A stretch of DNA of 64,000 bases from Agathobacter sp. GTDB taxonomy: Bacteria; Bacillota; Clostridia; Lachnospirales; Lachnospiraceae. Of the stretch, positions 27,579 to 38,134 are shown in pieces. How positions within the stretch are numbered: the stretch's first letter is position 1; every line of letters begins with the position of its first letter. Location: the NCBI GenBank assembly GCA_045123895.1, contig JBGVKW010000059.1, forward strand, positions 3,360 through 67,359, written 5' to 3'. The position numbers were made by a program, and so were the translations under genes. The notes beneath the pieces are model-generated. The model was not told the DNA's origin. It saw nothing but the letters and a program-made list of their open reading frames with translations, and did no database searches.

Positions 27579-29282
27579 ATGAATGAGTATGCATTAATGC
27601 ATATACCGGATTCAAGATATTGCTTTGCAGTAGGACAAAAAGAACTGGTAATACGACTTAGAACATCAAAAGAAGACAGGGATGCACAGGTGTATTTAAT
27701 CTATGCTCCTAAATATGAATTCCATGAAAAAAGAGAAAAAAAATTAATGCAGATTAGTTACAGTGATCGATTATTTGATTACTATGAGCTGCATATTACG
27801 TTAGAGGATGTAAGATTTGCATATATTTTTGAATTTCATCAGCATGGCGATACATATTATTTCAGTGAGGATGGACTTACAAAGGAATACAGATTTGAGG
27901 AAAGCTTTTATAACTTTTTTCAGATGCCGTATATTAATAGCAATGACTGTATGCCTGTAGTTGACTGGATGAAAGACGCAGTATTTTATCAGATTTTCGT
28001 AGAACGATTTAATATCGGCGATATGCAAAAAGATATGTCATACATAAATATGGACTGGGGAGATATTCCAAATCCAAAAAGCTTTGCAGGTGGTGACATA
28101 AAAGGAATAATTGAAAAGCTTGACTATATTCGTGGACTCGGAGTAAATGTTTTGTACCTGACGCCTATATTTGAATCTATCTCAAATCATAAGTACGACA
28201 TAAAAAACTATATGGAAATAGATTCACGATTTGGATGCAAAGAAGATTTTAAAAAGCTTGTAGAACAGGCGCACAAAAGAGGCATAAGAATTGTGTTAGA
28301 TGCAGTGTTTAATCATTGTAGCATGCAGCTTGAACAATTTCAGGATGTGTTAAAAAATGGAAAACAATCGCCTTATTATGACTGGTTTATAATTGATGGA
28401 GATTACCCAACACCTGAAAATGTTAATTATGAATGTTTTGCAGCATGTAATTATATGCCTAAGCTTAATACTGCCAATCCCAAAACGCAGGAGTTTTTAT
28501 TAGAAATTGCATGCTACTGGATTAGGGAATTTGACATTGATGGCTGGAGATTAGATGTATCTGATGAAGTATCACATGCATTTTGGAGACGTTTTCGTGA
28601 AGTAGTAAAGAAAGAAAAGCCTGATTGTGTTATCATTGGAGAAAACTGGCATGATGCATATCCGTATCTGATGGGTGATCAGTATGACAGCATAATGAAC
28701 TATTCATTTACCAAGGCATGTCTTGATTACTTTGCGAGAGGATATATTGATGCAAAGCAGATGGCAGAAAAGCTTAGTTCGAATCTCATGCGAAATACAA
28801 AGCAGGTAAATCAAATGATGCTAAACCTTTTGGATACTCATGATACACATAGATTTTTTACAGAGGTTGGAAGGGATAAAAATAAGCTGTTAGCCGCAAT
28901 AGCCTTAGAGGTAATGTTTCCGGGAGCACCTTGTATCTACTATGGAACAGAAATCTGTATGGAGGGTGGATATGATCCTGATTCAAGAAGGTGCTTTGAC
29001 TGGGACGAGTCTCATTGGGATACGAATGTGATGGAGATGATTCGTTCATTGACCAGTTTACGAAAAAGAGCAGAACTTAAAGAAGGAAATGTTATCTTAG
29101 ATGAAGACAGGGGAATGTTAAAACTGGTGCGAACCTTTGATAATCAATCGGTAAGTCTGTTTATTAACTTAAGTGGAAAAAATGTAACATTTGACAATAA
29201 GGCAAAGAAACAGGATATTTTATGTAGTAACAATTTTAATGACGCAGTGTTACAGGATGGAGGATTTGTTATCTTAGTCTGA
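27579..29282 (+). CDS. GH13 neopullulanase/cyclomaltodextrinase with N-terminal CBM34-like domain
   Basis: FYQIFVERF, DAVFNH, DGWRLDV, GENW, LLDTHD. Confidence 0.92.
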   Translation: MNEYALMHIPDSRYCFAVGQKELVIRLRTSKEDRDAQVYLIYAPKYEFHEKREKKLMQISYSDRLFDYYELHITLEDVRFAYIFEFHQHGDTYYFSEDGLTKEYRFEESFYNFFQMPYINSNDCMPVVDWMKDAVFYQIFVERFNIGDMQKDMSYINMDWGDIPNPKSFAGGDIKGIIEKLDYIRGLGVNVLYLTPIFESISNHKYDIKNYMEIDSRFGCKEDFKKLVEQAHKRGIRIVLDAVFNHCSMQLEQFQDVLKNGKQSPYYDWFIIDGDYPTPENVNYECFAACNYMPKLNTANPKTQEFLLEIACYWIREFDIDGWRLDVSDEVSHAFWRRFREVVKKEKPDCVIIGENWHDAYPYLMGDQYDSIMNYSFTKACLDYFARGYIDAKQMAEKLSSNLMRNTKQVNQMMLNLLDTHDTHRFFTEVGRDKNKLLAAIALEVMFPGAPCIYYGTEICMEGGYDPDSRRCFDWDESHWDTNVMEMIRSLTSLRKRAELKEGNVILDEDRGMLKLVRTFDNQSVSLFINLSGKNVTFDNKAKKQDILCSNNFNDAVLQDGGFVILV

Positions 29283-29332
29283 GAAGAATCCAACTTCTAT
29301 AATTGGTGAATTAAAATACAGGAGGGAATAAA

Positions 29333-30793
29333 ATGAGGAAAAAATTATTATCGTATTTTTTAGTTCTTGTTATGGGGACGAGTATGTTTTGTGGATGTGG
29401 AGGAAGTGAAAGTGATTCTAAAGCAGACACAAAGGGAGTGGAAAATGGAGTTTTTAATGGAGAACTTGAACACAATGTTACAATTCGTGTGTTAGAAAAT
29501 GATACTGCTATTTCAAAGGGATACTTTGATGAGCTTATCGAGGCGTTTAATGAAGAATATAAAGAATATGGAATCGTGGCAGTAGATGCCAACATGGATC
29601 AGTATCTTGATCTGGCAAATGACGGACCTTATGGATATGGACCGGATGTTCTTTATCAGGCAAATGACGTAATAATGAAATATGTTGATGGAAAACATGT
29701 ATATCCGATTCCAGTTGAAAAATTAGAATGTTATGAGCAGATTCCAGAGGCTGCATGGAATGCTTATAACACAGAAATTGATGGAAAAAATTATACATGT
29801 GGTGTTCCTGTGAATGTTCAATCAGGTATGCTTTTTTATCGAAAAGATTTGCTTCCAGAGGATTGGAAAACAAACTGGGATGATAACGGAAATGATGTAC
29901 CTGACATGGTAGAAAACTGGAATGATATGTACAAATTCTCAGCAGAGCGACATGCAAATAATCCAGAGCAATATGGATATATGAAATCAATATATGATGT
30001 TTATTTTTCAAGTGGATTTTTGTTTTCTTATGGAGCATATGTGTTTGGAGACAACAATACCAACCCTGAGGATATAGGTTTTTCAGCAGGGGAATCTGAA
30101 AAAGGTGCATGGGTGTTAAGTCAGCTGGTTGAGAATATGAATGAGGAGTGTATCGACGACACCATTACAGTAAATTCATATAGCAAAATTGGTGATGGTA
30201 CATATTTTGCCACAATTACAACACCGGATTTGTACACATCATTTTTAGATGAGATGGTTTTAAATTATCAGAAGGAAGGATTATCTGAAGCAGATGCAAA
30301 GGCAAAAGCTAAAGAAAATCTTGTTATGACTACATTACCTCAGTTACCTGAAAGCGGAGATTTATCTGAGGAGAATCCAAAGCTCATTGATATGAAATCC
30401 ATGGGCGGAATAAATGGATATGCCATAAGTGCCTATACAAAGGCTCCAAATGCAAGTCTTGCATTTGTGGATTTTGCAACAAGCTATAAGATGATGAAAA
30501 AAAGATGTGAGATGCTTGGAATTGCACCTGCAAGGGAGGATGTAGCAAAAGAGGCAGGCGGTACATCGGAAATGCTTTACTCAAATATGGAATCAGGCAA
30601 TATTGTTCTTATGCCTTCTATTACCGAAGTGGGACAAATCTGGACTCCGGGACAGACATTTTTTACAGATTTGGCAAAGGATGGCTTTAGAAGTGACGGT
30701 GAGAAAAAGTATAAGGATCTTCCATCCATGAAGACTGGACTTGAATCGGTTGATAAGGAAATATATGATGCAATATTTACGTTGCAGCAATAG
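29333..30793 (+). CDS. Maltodextrin-type ABC transporter substrate-binding lipoprotein
   Basis: Lipobox FCGC; GPDV, MPS..E..QIW; adjacent permeases. Confidence 0.85.
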   Translation: MRKKLLSYFLVLVMGTSMFCGCGGSESDSKADTKGVENGVFNGELEHNVTIRVLENDTAISKGYFDELIEAFNEEYKEYGIVAVDANMDQYLDLANDGPYGYGPDVLYQANDVIMKYVDGKHVYPIPVEKLECYEQIPEAAWNAYNTEIDGKNYTCGVPVNVQSGMLFYRKDLLPEDWKTNWDDNGNDVPDMVENWNDMYKFSAERHANNPEQYGYMKSIYDVYFSSGFLFSYGAYVFGDNNTNPEDIGFSAGESEKGAWVLSQLVENMNEECIDDTITVNSYSKIGDGTYFATITTPDLYTSFLDEMVLNYQKEGLSEADAKAKAKENLVMTTLPQLPESGDLSEENPKLIDMKSMGGINGYAISAYTKAPNASLAFVDFATSYKMMKKRCEMLGIAPAREDVAKEAGGTSEMLYSNMESGNIVLMPSITEVGQIWTPGQTFFTDLAKDGFRSDGEKKYKDLPSMKTGLESVDKEIYDAIFTLQQ

Positions 30794-30804
30794 GAGTAGG
30801 GGAA

Positions 30805-32121
30805 ATGAAGAAATGGAAAGGTTTTTTACAGGCAGTAAAGCATAGTAGCATTCAGGTTAGGCTTTCTGCAGTATTATTTGGAAGTGCGCAGTTTCTATAT
30901 GGAAGCAGAATAAAAGGTGCATTATATTTATTGTCTGAGATAGCAATGTTAGGGTATTTCTTTTTTCGCGGCTTTTCAGATATTATAGGATTTTTTACAC
31001 TTGGAACAGTTAAGGCTGACCCATGGCTTGGAGTAGAAGGGGACAATTCAGTTGTAATGCTTCTTATGGGAATATTTGCATGGATTATTGTTGCACTATT
31101 TATAGCTCTTTGGGTGGTTAGTCTAAGGGATGCTTATTCTTTGCAGCTTAGAATTGAAAGTGGAAAAAAAGCATTGTCATTTAGAGAAGAACTGAGCCAG
31201 TTTCTTGATAAAAAATTTTATAAGACTGTGCTTTTTCTTCCGGTTTTGGGAGTGTGTGTGTTTTGTATTCTTCCAATTGTGTTTATGATTTTAATCGCAT
31301 TTACCAATTATGGAGGTACTATTGTTCCCCCTGAGTTGGTGGACTGGGTTGGATTAGGGAACTTTAAAAAGATTGTGACACTATCGCAGTTTGCCCCAAC
31401 TTTTTTCAAAATCCTTGCCTGGAACCTGCTTTGGGCAGTTATAGCTACAGGACTTAATTATTTTGCCGGACTGGGGCTGGCATTGCTTTTAGATAAGAAG
31501 TGTGTAAAAGGAAAAGCATTCTGGAGAGCGTTTCCGGTGCTTGCATATGCAATTCCGGGATTTATTACTCTTGTGGCATTCAAGTTTATGTTCTCTTACG
31601 GAGGACCAATAAATCAGATGATAGTCGATTCTGGAGGAAATGCAATAGGATTTCTCGATTTGGATGCAGGCTGGATGGCAAGAGGAATTGGACTTTTAGT
31701 CAATTGCTGGATTAGCGTACCATCTATCATGCTTCTTGCTACAGGGCATTTATCAAATCGTGATATGTCATTGTATGAGGCTGCAAGAATTGATGGAGCG
31801 ACTTCTTTTCAGCAGTTTAGAAAGCTTACTGTTCCATTTATGCTATTTGCCACAACACCGGTTTTGTTAGGACAGTTTATTGGAAACTTTAACAACTTTG
31901 GAATTTTCTATTTCCTAAGAGGTGGTTTGTATGTGGATGGATATTTTCTCTCAAGCGATACAGACTTACTTATAAACTGGTTGTACAATCTGTCAATTGA
32001 CAATAATTATTATGCAATAGGTGCAGCAATCAGTCTTGTTATTTTCCTAATTACATCAACACTTTCGTTAATTGTTTATGTTCGTTCATCATCATACAGA
32101 GAGGAGGATACATTTCAATGA
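30805..32121 (+). CDS. Carbohydrate ABC permease (MalF-like)
   Basis: LYEAARIDGATSFQQFRKLTVP EAA motif; FNNFGIFY. Confidence 0.9.
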   Translation: MKKWKGFLQAVKHSSIQVRLSAVLFGSAQFLYGSRIKGALYLLSEIAMLGYFFFRGFSDIIGFFTLGTVKADPWLGVEGDNSVVMLLMGIFAWIIVALFIALWVVSLRDAYSLQLRIESGKKALSFREELSQFLDKKFYKTVLFLPVLGVCVFCILPIVFMILIAFTNYGGTIVPPELVDWVGLGNFKKIVTLSQFAPTFFKILAWNLLWAVIATGLNYFAGLGLALLLDKKCVKGKAFWRAFPVLAYAIPGFITLVAFKFMFSYGGPINQMIVDSGGNAIGFLDLDAGWMARGIGLLVNCWISVPSIMLLATGHLSNRDMSLYEAARIDGATSFQQFRKLTVPFMLFATTPVLLGQFIGNFNNFGIFYFLRGGLYVDGYFLSSDTDLLINWLYNLSIDNNYYAIGAAISLVIFLITSTLSLIVYVRSSSYREEDTFQ

Positions 32122-32957
32122 AAAATAAATTTGCTATTTCAAAGGCACTTGACACGGGAGTTACATATTTAATATTGATTATTGTTGCTGTGATTTTTTT
32201 CTTCCCATGTCTGTGGCTTATTATGGCTGCTTTTTCATCATCCGGAAGTATATACTCCTTCGATGGATTTTTTCCATCCTCTTTTAGCATTGATACATTT
32301 AAAAGATTATTTACGGATACTACTCTTTACAATTATCCGAAGTGGTTTATGAATACTTTGTTTATTGCCACTGGAAGCTGTGTACTTGGAACATTTTTGA
32401 CTATTCTTACAGCATATACCATGTCAAGGTTTACATTTAAAATGAGAAAACCGATGATGAAAATCACTATGATTTTAGGTATGTTTCCTTCCTTTATGAG
32501 TATGACAGCGGTATATCTTTTGATGACACAGTTTGGATTAATCAATCAAAGCTGGGGACTCATACTTATCTATGCAGCAGGTGCGCCGATGGGATATCTG
32601 ACTCAAAAGGGATTTTTTGATACGATACCAAAAGCAATTGATGAGGCGGCTAAAATCGATGGAGCTACAAATTTTCAGATTTTTACTAAAATAAATCTTC
32701 CTCTCTCAAAACCTATAATTGTGTATACAGCTTTGACATCGTTTACCTGGCCATGGAGTGATTTTATTTTGCCAAAACTGTTGCTAAAAGAAAGAGATTT
32801 CTACACAGTTGCTGTTGGACTAATGAGTCTGGATGAAACAGAGTTTGCAAGATTTGCTGCGGGAAGTGTGTTTATCGCTGTTCCTATTGTAGTTTTGTAT
32901 TTTTGTCTTGTGAAAAATATGGTAAGCGGAATTTCAGATGGAGCTGTAAAGGGATAA
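32118..32957 (+). CDS. Carbohydrate ABC permease (MalG-like)
   Basis: IPKAIDEAAKIDGA, LPLSKP. Confidence 0.9.
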   Translation: MKNKFAISKALDTGVTYLILIIVAVIFFFPCLWLIMAAFSSSGSIYSFDGFFPSSFSIDTFKRLFTDTTLYNYPKWFMNTLFIATGSCVLGTFLTILTAYTMSRFTFKMRKPMMKITMILGMFPSFMSMTAVYLLMTQFGLINQSWGLILIYAAGAPMGYLTQKGFFDTIPKAIDEAAKIDGATNFQIFTKINLPLSKPIIVYTALTSFTWPWSDFILPKLLLKERDFYTVAVGLMSLDETEFARFAAGSVFIAVPIVVLYFCLVKNMVSGISDGAVKG

Positions 32958-33123
32958 AATAGTATTTAGAACTAAAGATATAAGTAAGGATATTATCTAA
33001 GTACCGTACTCGAATAGTGCAAAGGTAACAAAAACCAAACTGAATAAAAAAGTTTTTATGTACATATTGACAGAAAACATCCTTGAGACTATTATGATTA
33101 CGTCAAAATAACAAAAATGGAGG

Positions 33124-35244
33124 ATGGTTATGAAAATGTGCAAGAATTTTATCGCCAAAGTTTTATGTGTAGTTTTGGTGGTAACAATGATGATGGGAAT
33201 GACACCTATCGACGCAAGGGCAGATGAAACTCTGCTTACAACATATGGTAAGACATATGGAAGAGTTGGAACATGTATTAATTACAGCCAGCTCACAAAT
33301 CAGACTGTGCTTAATCATGTAAAGTCACAGTACAACAGTATTACATTGGAAAATGAGATGAAACCTGATGCAATTATGGGAAGCTATGCAAATCAGATTT
33401 CAGTCTCACAGGCAAAAAGTCTTGGATATTACATTCCAAGCAACTATACTGAGTCAACTGTACCAAAGTTAAATTTTGATACAATTGATAAAGTAATGAA
33501 AATCTGCTATGAAAACAATATCGGTATGAGAGCACATACTCTTGTATGGCATAGTCAGACACCAAGTTGGTTTTTCAAATACGGATATTCTTCTTCTAAT
33601 GGATATGTTTCTCAGTCTATGATGGATGCAAGAATGGAGTTTTATATTAAATCCGTAATGAATCATGTATACTCTAGCCAGTATGGAAGCTGTGTATATG
33701 CATGGGATGTTGTTAATGAGTATTTACATGCAAGTAATTCAGGTTGGCAGTATATTTATGGAAGTGTTACTACAAAACCAGCATTTGTAAAGAAGGCCTT
33801 CCAGTATGCATACGATTGCCTTTCGTATTATGGATTAACAAATAAGGTATCTCTTTTTTATAATGACTATAATACTTATATGGAAGTAAATGATGTAATT
33901 ACAATGATTAATTACATTAACTCAGACAAAAAGATTTGTAATGGTGTAGGAATGCAGTCACATGTTGGAACAACATTTCCAAGTGCTGATTATTATGCAT
34001 CAGCATTACAGTCATTTGTAAATGCAGGATTTGAGGTACAGATTACAGAGCTTGATTTTTCAAGTAGCTCAAGTTCTGATCAGGCAAATTATGCTTATCA
34101 GTTAATGAAAAAAGTAAACAGTATTAAAAAAGCCGGTGGAAATATTACAGGTGTAACACTTTGGGGTATTTCTGATGATGTATCATGGATTTCAGCAAGC
34201 AAATATCCATTATTATTCTCATCACTTAATGTACCAAAGGAATCATATTATAAATTCCTTCAGGCATATAGCGAAACTGGATTTAGTAGCTCAAGCAACT
34301 CAGGAAGCTCAAGCAACTCAGGAAGCTCAAGTAGTAGCGATTACGCAACATTATCAGATGGATGGTATTATATCAAGAATGTAAATGCACAGAAATATCT
34401 TCAGGTGCAGGATAACACAGGAAAAAGTGGACAGAACGTTGAACTTGGAACTGGAACAGGAGCAGATGGACAGAAATGGTATCTTACAAACAAGGGAAAT
34501 GGAGTAATAACATTAAAGAGTTCTCTTGGATATATGCTTGATGTTACAGGCGGTAAGAATGAAAATGGTACAAACATTGAAATCTGGTCAGAGAACAATG
34601 GTAACCCACAGCAGTTTATGTTAAAGTCAAATGGCAATAACCAGTACGCAATTGTAACAAAGGTTAGTAGTGGAGAAAAAGGTCTTGATGCTTCAAATAA
34701 GGGAACAGCTGATGGTACAAATGTTCAGCAGTACAGCTATTGGGGAGCAACAAACCAGCTTTGGACATTTGAGAAGGTTAGTACATCTTCATCAAATCAG
34801 GGTACTTTATCAGATGGCTGGTACTACATCAAGAACGTAAATGCGCAGAAGTATCTTCAGGTACAAAACAATGTTGGTGCAAACGGACAGAATGTAGAAA
34901 TTGGAACAGGAACAGGAGTAAAGGGCCAGAAATGGTATGTTACAAATACAGGTGACGGATATGTTACATTAAAGAATGGTAACGGCTATATGCTTGACGT
35001 TCAGTATGGTACAAACTCGGATGGAACAAATATCCAGACATATCAGAGTAATGGAGCAGATGCGCAGAAATTCAAGATTAAATCTCTTGGAAACAACCAG
35101 TACGGAATCTTAACAAAGGTTTCTTCAGATGCAAAGAGTCTTGATGTATACAACTTTGGAACATCAGATGGAGCAAATGTATGTCAGTGGACATTCTATC
35201 AGAATACAAACCAGAAGTGGATATTTGAGGCTTGCAGTAACTAA
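33124..35244 (+). CDS. Secreted GH10 endo-1,4-beta-xylanase with two ricin-B (CBM13) domains
   Basis: Signal peptide; ENEMKP, HTLVWHSQ, WDVVNE, GMQSH, ITELD; two homologous LSDGWYYIKNVNAQKYLQV..QKW modules; promoter TTGACA-17-TATTAT at 33067-95. Confidence 0.92.
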   Translation: MVMKMCKNFIAKVLCVVLVVTMMMGMTPIDARADETLLTTYGKTYGRVGTCINYSQLTNQTVLNHVKSQYNSITLENEMKPDAIMGSYANQISVSQAKSLGYYIPSNYTESTVPKLNFDTIDKVMKICYENNIGMRAHTLVWHSQTPSWFFKYGYSSSNGYVSQSMMDARMEFYIKSVMNHVYSSQYGSCVYAWDVVNEYLHASNSGWQYIYGSVTTKPAFVKKAFQYAYDCLSYYGLTNKVSLFYNDYNTYMEVNDVITMINYINSDKKICNGVGMQSHVGTTFPSADYYASALQSFVNAGFEVQITELDFSSSSSSDQANYAYQLMKKVNSIKKAGGNITGVTLWGISDDVSWISASKYPLLFSSLNVPKESYYKFLQAYSETGFSSSSNSGSSSNSGSSSSSDYATLSDGWYYIKNVNAQKYLQVQDNTGKSGQNVELGTGTGADGQKWYLTNKGNGVITLKSSLGYMLDVTGGKNENGTNIEIWSENNGNPQQFMLKSNGNNQYAIVTKVSSGEKGLDASNKGTADGTNVQQYSYWGATNQLWTFEKVSTSSSNQGTLSDGWYYIKNVNAQKYLQVQNNVGANGQNVEIGTGTGVKGQKWYVTNTGDGYVTLKNGNGYMLDVQYGTNSDGTNIQTYQSNGADAQKFKIKSLGNNQYGILTKVSSDAKSLDVYNFGTSDGANVCQWTFYQNTNQKWIFEACSN
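34288..34331 (+). repeat. 18-bp tandem repeat encoding the Ser-rich linker (SSSNSG)
   Basis: AGCTCAAGCAACTCAGGA x2 plus partial copy. Confidence 0.85.
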
Positions 35245-35259
35245 TACATAATGATTATT

Positions 35260-35298
35260 AAAACAGACATCATAAATATGGTGTCTGTTTTTTTTACA
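35260..35298 (+). terminator. Intrinsic terminator after xylanase
   Basis: AAAACAGACATCAT/ATGGTGTCTGTTTT stem plus T run. Confidence 0.8.
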
Positions 35299-35351
35299 GT
35301 ATAGGAAAGTTATGGTATGATAAAAAATAATTACGAATAATGGAGGAGAAC

Positions 35352-36326
35352 ATGAAGAGATTTAATTGGGTTTCATTAGGCTGTGGGGTAATTGCAAATG
35401 AACTGGCAATGGCGATGCAGAAAGAGGGAAGAAGACTCTACGGAATTGCTAACAGAACATACAGTAAGGCACAGGATTTTGCAAAAAAATATAATGTTGA
35501 AAAAGTATATGAAAATTATGAGGATGTCTATGAAGATGAGAATGTAGACATTATCTATATATCAACGCCTCACAATACACATATTAATTTTTTGCGTGAG
35601 GCATTAAAGCATAAAAAACACGTTCTTTGTGAAAAATCTATCACATTAAATTCAGAAGAATTGCAGGAGGCTAAAAAGCTTGCAGAAGAAAATAATGTGA
35701 TTTTGGCAGAAGCTATGACAATATATCATATGCCAGTTTATAAGCGCCTTGATGAACTTGTAAAAAGTGAGTCACTAGGTGAGCTACGAATGATTCAGAT
35801 GAATTTTGGAAGCTATAAAGAGTACGATATGAAGAACCGTTTTTTCAATCCTTCGCTTGCAGGTGGAGCATTGCTTGATATTGGTGTGTATGCACTTTCT
35901 TTTATCAGATGGTTTATGTCACAAAAACCAGATCAGGTGGTTTCACAGGTTAGGATGGCGCCAAGCGGAGTAGATGAGCAGGCAGGAATACTTCTTATGA
36001 ATCCAGCCGGAGAAATGGCAACAGTTGCACTTTCCCTTCACGCAAAGCAACCGAAGAGAGGAATGGTAGCTTTTGATAAAGGTTATATTGAATTGTACGA
36101 ATATCCGAGAGCACAAAAGGCTGTAATCACATATACGAAGGATGGCCATCAGGAAGTGATAGAGGATGGACTTACAGAAAATGCGCTTAGATATGAGGTT
36201 TCTGATATGGAAAAAACAATATCAGAGGGGATTGATTTAATGCATCTTGATTATACTGTTGATGTCATGTCAATGATGACGGGAATCAGAAAAGACTGGG
36301 GACTTGTTTACCCAGAGGAAAAATAG
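35352..36326 (+). CDS. Gfo/Idh/MocA oxidoreductase
   Basis: LGCGVIA, HVLCEK, GGALLDIGVY. Confidence 0.9.
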   Translation: MKRFNWVSLGCGVIANELAMAMQKEGRRLYGIANRTYSKAQDFAKKYNVEKVYENYEDVYEDENVDIIYISTPHNTHINFLREALKHKKHVLCEKSITLNSEELQEAKKLAEENNVILAEAMTIYHMPVYKRLDELVKSESLGELRMIQMNFGSYKEYDMKNRFFNPSLAGGALLDIGVYALSFIRWFMSQKPDQVVSQVRMAPSGVDEQAGILLMNPAGEMATVALSLHAKQPKRGMVAFDKGYIELYEYPRAQKAVITYTKDGHQEVIEDGLTENALRYEVSDMEKTISEGIDLMHLDYTVDVMSMMTGIRKDWGLVYPEEK

Positions 36327-36364
36327 AATTTTAGAAAAAGGACAGTGTCTGCAAAAGGAAGAAA

Positions 36365-37036
36365 ATGAATAAGATATTAGTAGTAGAAGATGATATAACA
36401 ATTGCAAAGTCAATTTGTATGCATCTTGAAAAATGGCAGTATGAGACAAAATATATAGAGGATTTCCCAAAAGTGATGGAAGAATTTGAGGCGTTTAGTC
36501 CTGATTTGGTTCTTATGGATGTAACACTTCCATATTACAATGGATTTCATTGGTGTCAGTTGATAAGGCGAAAGTCAAATGTGCCTATTATGTTTGTATC
36601 ATCTATTTCAGACAACATGAATATTGTAATGGCAATGAATATGGGGGGAGATGAGTACATTGAAAAACCATTTGATTTAAATGTGCTTACCGCCAAGATT
36701 CAGGCACTTTTACGAAGAGCCTATGGACTTACACCGAAGAATGATAAATGCTCTTACAAAGACATTACTTTAGACATAAATTCTACAAATCTATGTGGAA
36801 AGGATAAGGAAATATCACTTACCAAGAATGAATATCTTATACTAAAGCTTTTAATAGAGAACAATAATAAAGTAGTAAGCAGAGAAGAAATCATGGAAGC
36901 ACTTTGGGGAAATGATGAATTTGTTGATGACAATACACTAACAGTAAACATGACTAGACTTAGAAAAAAGCTTGGTGAGATTAGTTGCAATGACTATATC
37001 AAGACAAAAAAAGGTTTGGGGTACATACTAGAATGA
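36365..37036 (+). CDS. OmpR-family response regulator (BceR/GraR-like)
   Basis: VEDD, LMDVTLP..NGFHWC, KPF, RLRKKL, GLGY. Confidence 0.92.
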   Translation: MNKILVVEDDITIAKSICMHLEKWQYETKYIEDFPKVMEEFEAFSPDLVLMDVTLPYYNGFHWCQLIRRKSNVPIMFVSSISDNMNIVMAMNMGGDEYIEKPFDLNVLTAKIQALLRRAYGLTPKNDKCSYKDITLDINSTNLCGKDKEISLTKNEYLILKLLIENNNKVVSREEIMEALWGNDEFVDDNTLTVNMTRLRKKLGEISCNDYIKTKKGLGYILE

Positions 37037-38010
37037 GAGAATTAAAGTATTTACTGTTAGCGCTTTTATATTGTGTTATTAATGTTATTGTATTGATTGC
37101 CTATGGGGAAAGTTTAGAACCAGTTTTATATGCTCTGATTATTTTTGCAATTTGCTTAATAATATATGAGCTTGTAGAACTTGCAAGAAGACGCAAGAAA
37201 ATGAAACTATTAGCACGATATACTCCATTTGTAAGTGAAACAATTTCTGAGTACATAAAACCAGAGACTAAAGAAGAAGAAAAATATCAGGAGATAATTG
37301 AAGTCTTATTAAAGGAAGTAAGAAACGTAAATGAAGACAATGCGAAGAGAGAAAAGGAAATATCCGACTTTTACACTCTTTGGGTGCATCAGATAAAGAC
37401 ACCAATTGCTGCACTCGATTTGCTTTTACAGACATCAACGGATAATACTTCTGATATGAAAAGCGAGCTGTTTAAGATTGAAAGATATGTAGATATTATC
37501 TTAGGGTATCTTAGAATGGATGATTTAAATAACGATCTTACATTAAAGCATTACTCACTAGAGAAAATAGTAAAGCAGGCACTAAGAAAATACGCACCGC
37601 TTTTTATTAAGAGTCATCTTTCATTAGAAAAGCAGGAATTAAGTGATAGTGTACTTACTGATGAAAAGTGGATATTAATTGTACTTGAGCAGATACTATC
37701 AAATGCAATAAAGTACACACCACAGGGAAAGATAAGTATTTATTCAAACCAGACACGTAACGACAAGCAAATAACAACACAGCTTATTATAGAAGATACA
37801 GGAATTGGTATTTCAAAAGAGGATTTGCCAAGGATTTGTGAGAGAGCATTTACTGGTTATAATGGACGAGTTGATAAAAAAGCAAGCGGATTAGGATTGT
37901 ATCTAAGTGATAAAATAATCGAAAAATTAGGGCATAAGCTTATTATAGAATCTGAACCAGGTGTTGGAACAAAAGTAATTATTGAATTTACGGAATTGCT
38001 TGTTGAGTAA
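37033..38010 (+). CDS. Intramembrane-sensing histidine kinase (BceS/GraS-like)
   Basis: WVHQIKTPI, TDEKW, NAIKYT, DTGIGI, GLGLYL; two closely spaced TMs. Confidence 0.92.
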   Translation: MRELKYLLLALLYCVINVIVLIAYGESLEPVLYALIIFAICLIIYELVELARRRKKMKLLARYTPFVSETISEYIKPETKEEEKYQEIIEVLLKEVRNVNEDNAKREKEISDFYTLWVHQIKTPIAALDLLLQTSTDNTSDMKSELFKIERYVDIILGYLRMDDLNNDLTLKHYSLEKIVKQALRKYAPLFIKSHLSLEKQELSDSVLTDEKWILIVLEQILSNAIKYTPQGKISIYSNQTRNDKQITTQLIIEDTGIGISKEDLPRICERAFTGYNGRVDKKASGLGLYLSDKIIEKLGHKLIIESEPGVGTKVIIEFTELLVE

Positions 38011-38023
38011 ATAATAAGGGTGT

Positions 38024-38047
38024 TAACCTTACAAAATTGTAAGGTTA
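38024..38047 (+). promoter_or_regulatory. Perfect inverted repeat, BceR-type binding site
   Basis: TAACCTTACA-AAAT-TGTAAGGTTA upstream of the ABC ATPase. Confidence 0.75.
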
Positions 38048-38134
38048 GCATCCTTTTTTGTAAGATAAATCTAAGGTAAACTGTTAATATGCGTGTTAAA
38101 CTAGTATCATCAAAAGAGCAAAGGAGTTAAGACA

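Noticed and set aside
34288-34331. Tandem repeat as a CRISPR or contingency locus
   Set aside because: No spacers; the in-frame 18-bp unit encodes the Ser-rich linker. No CRISPR array was found anywhere in the window.
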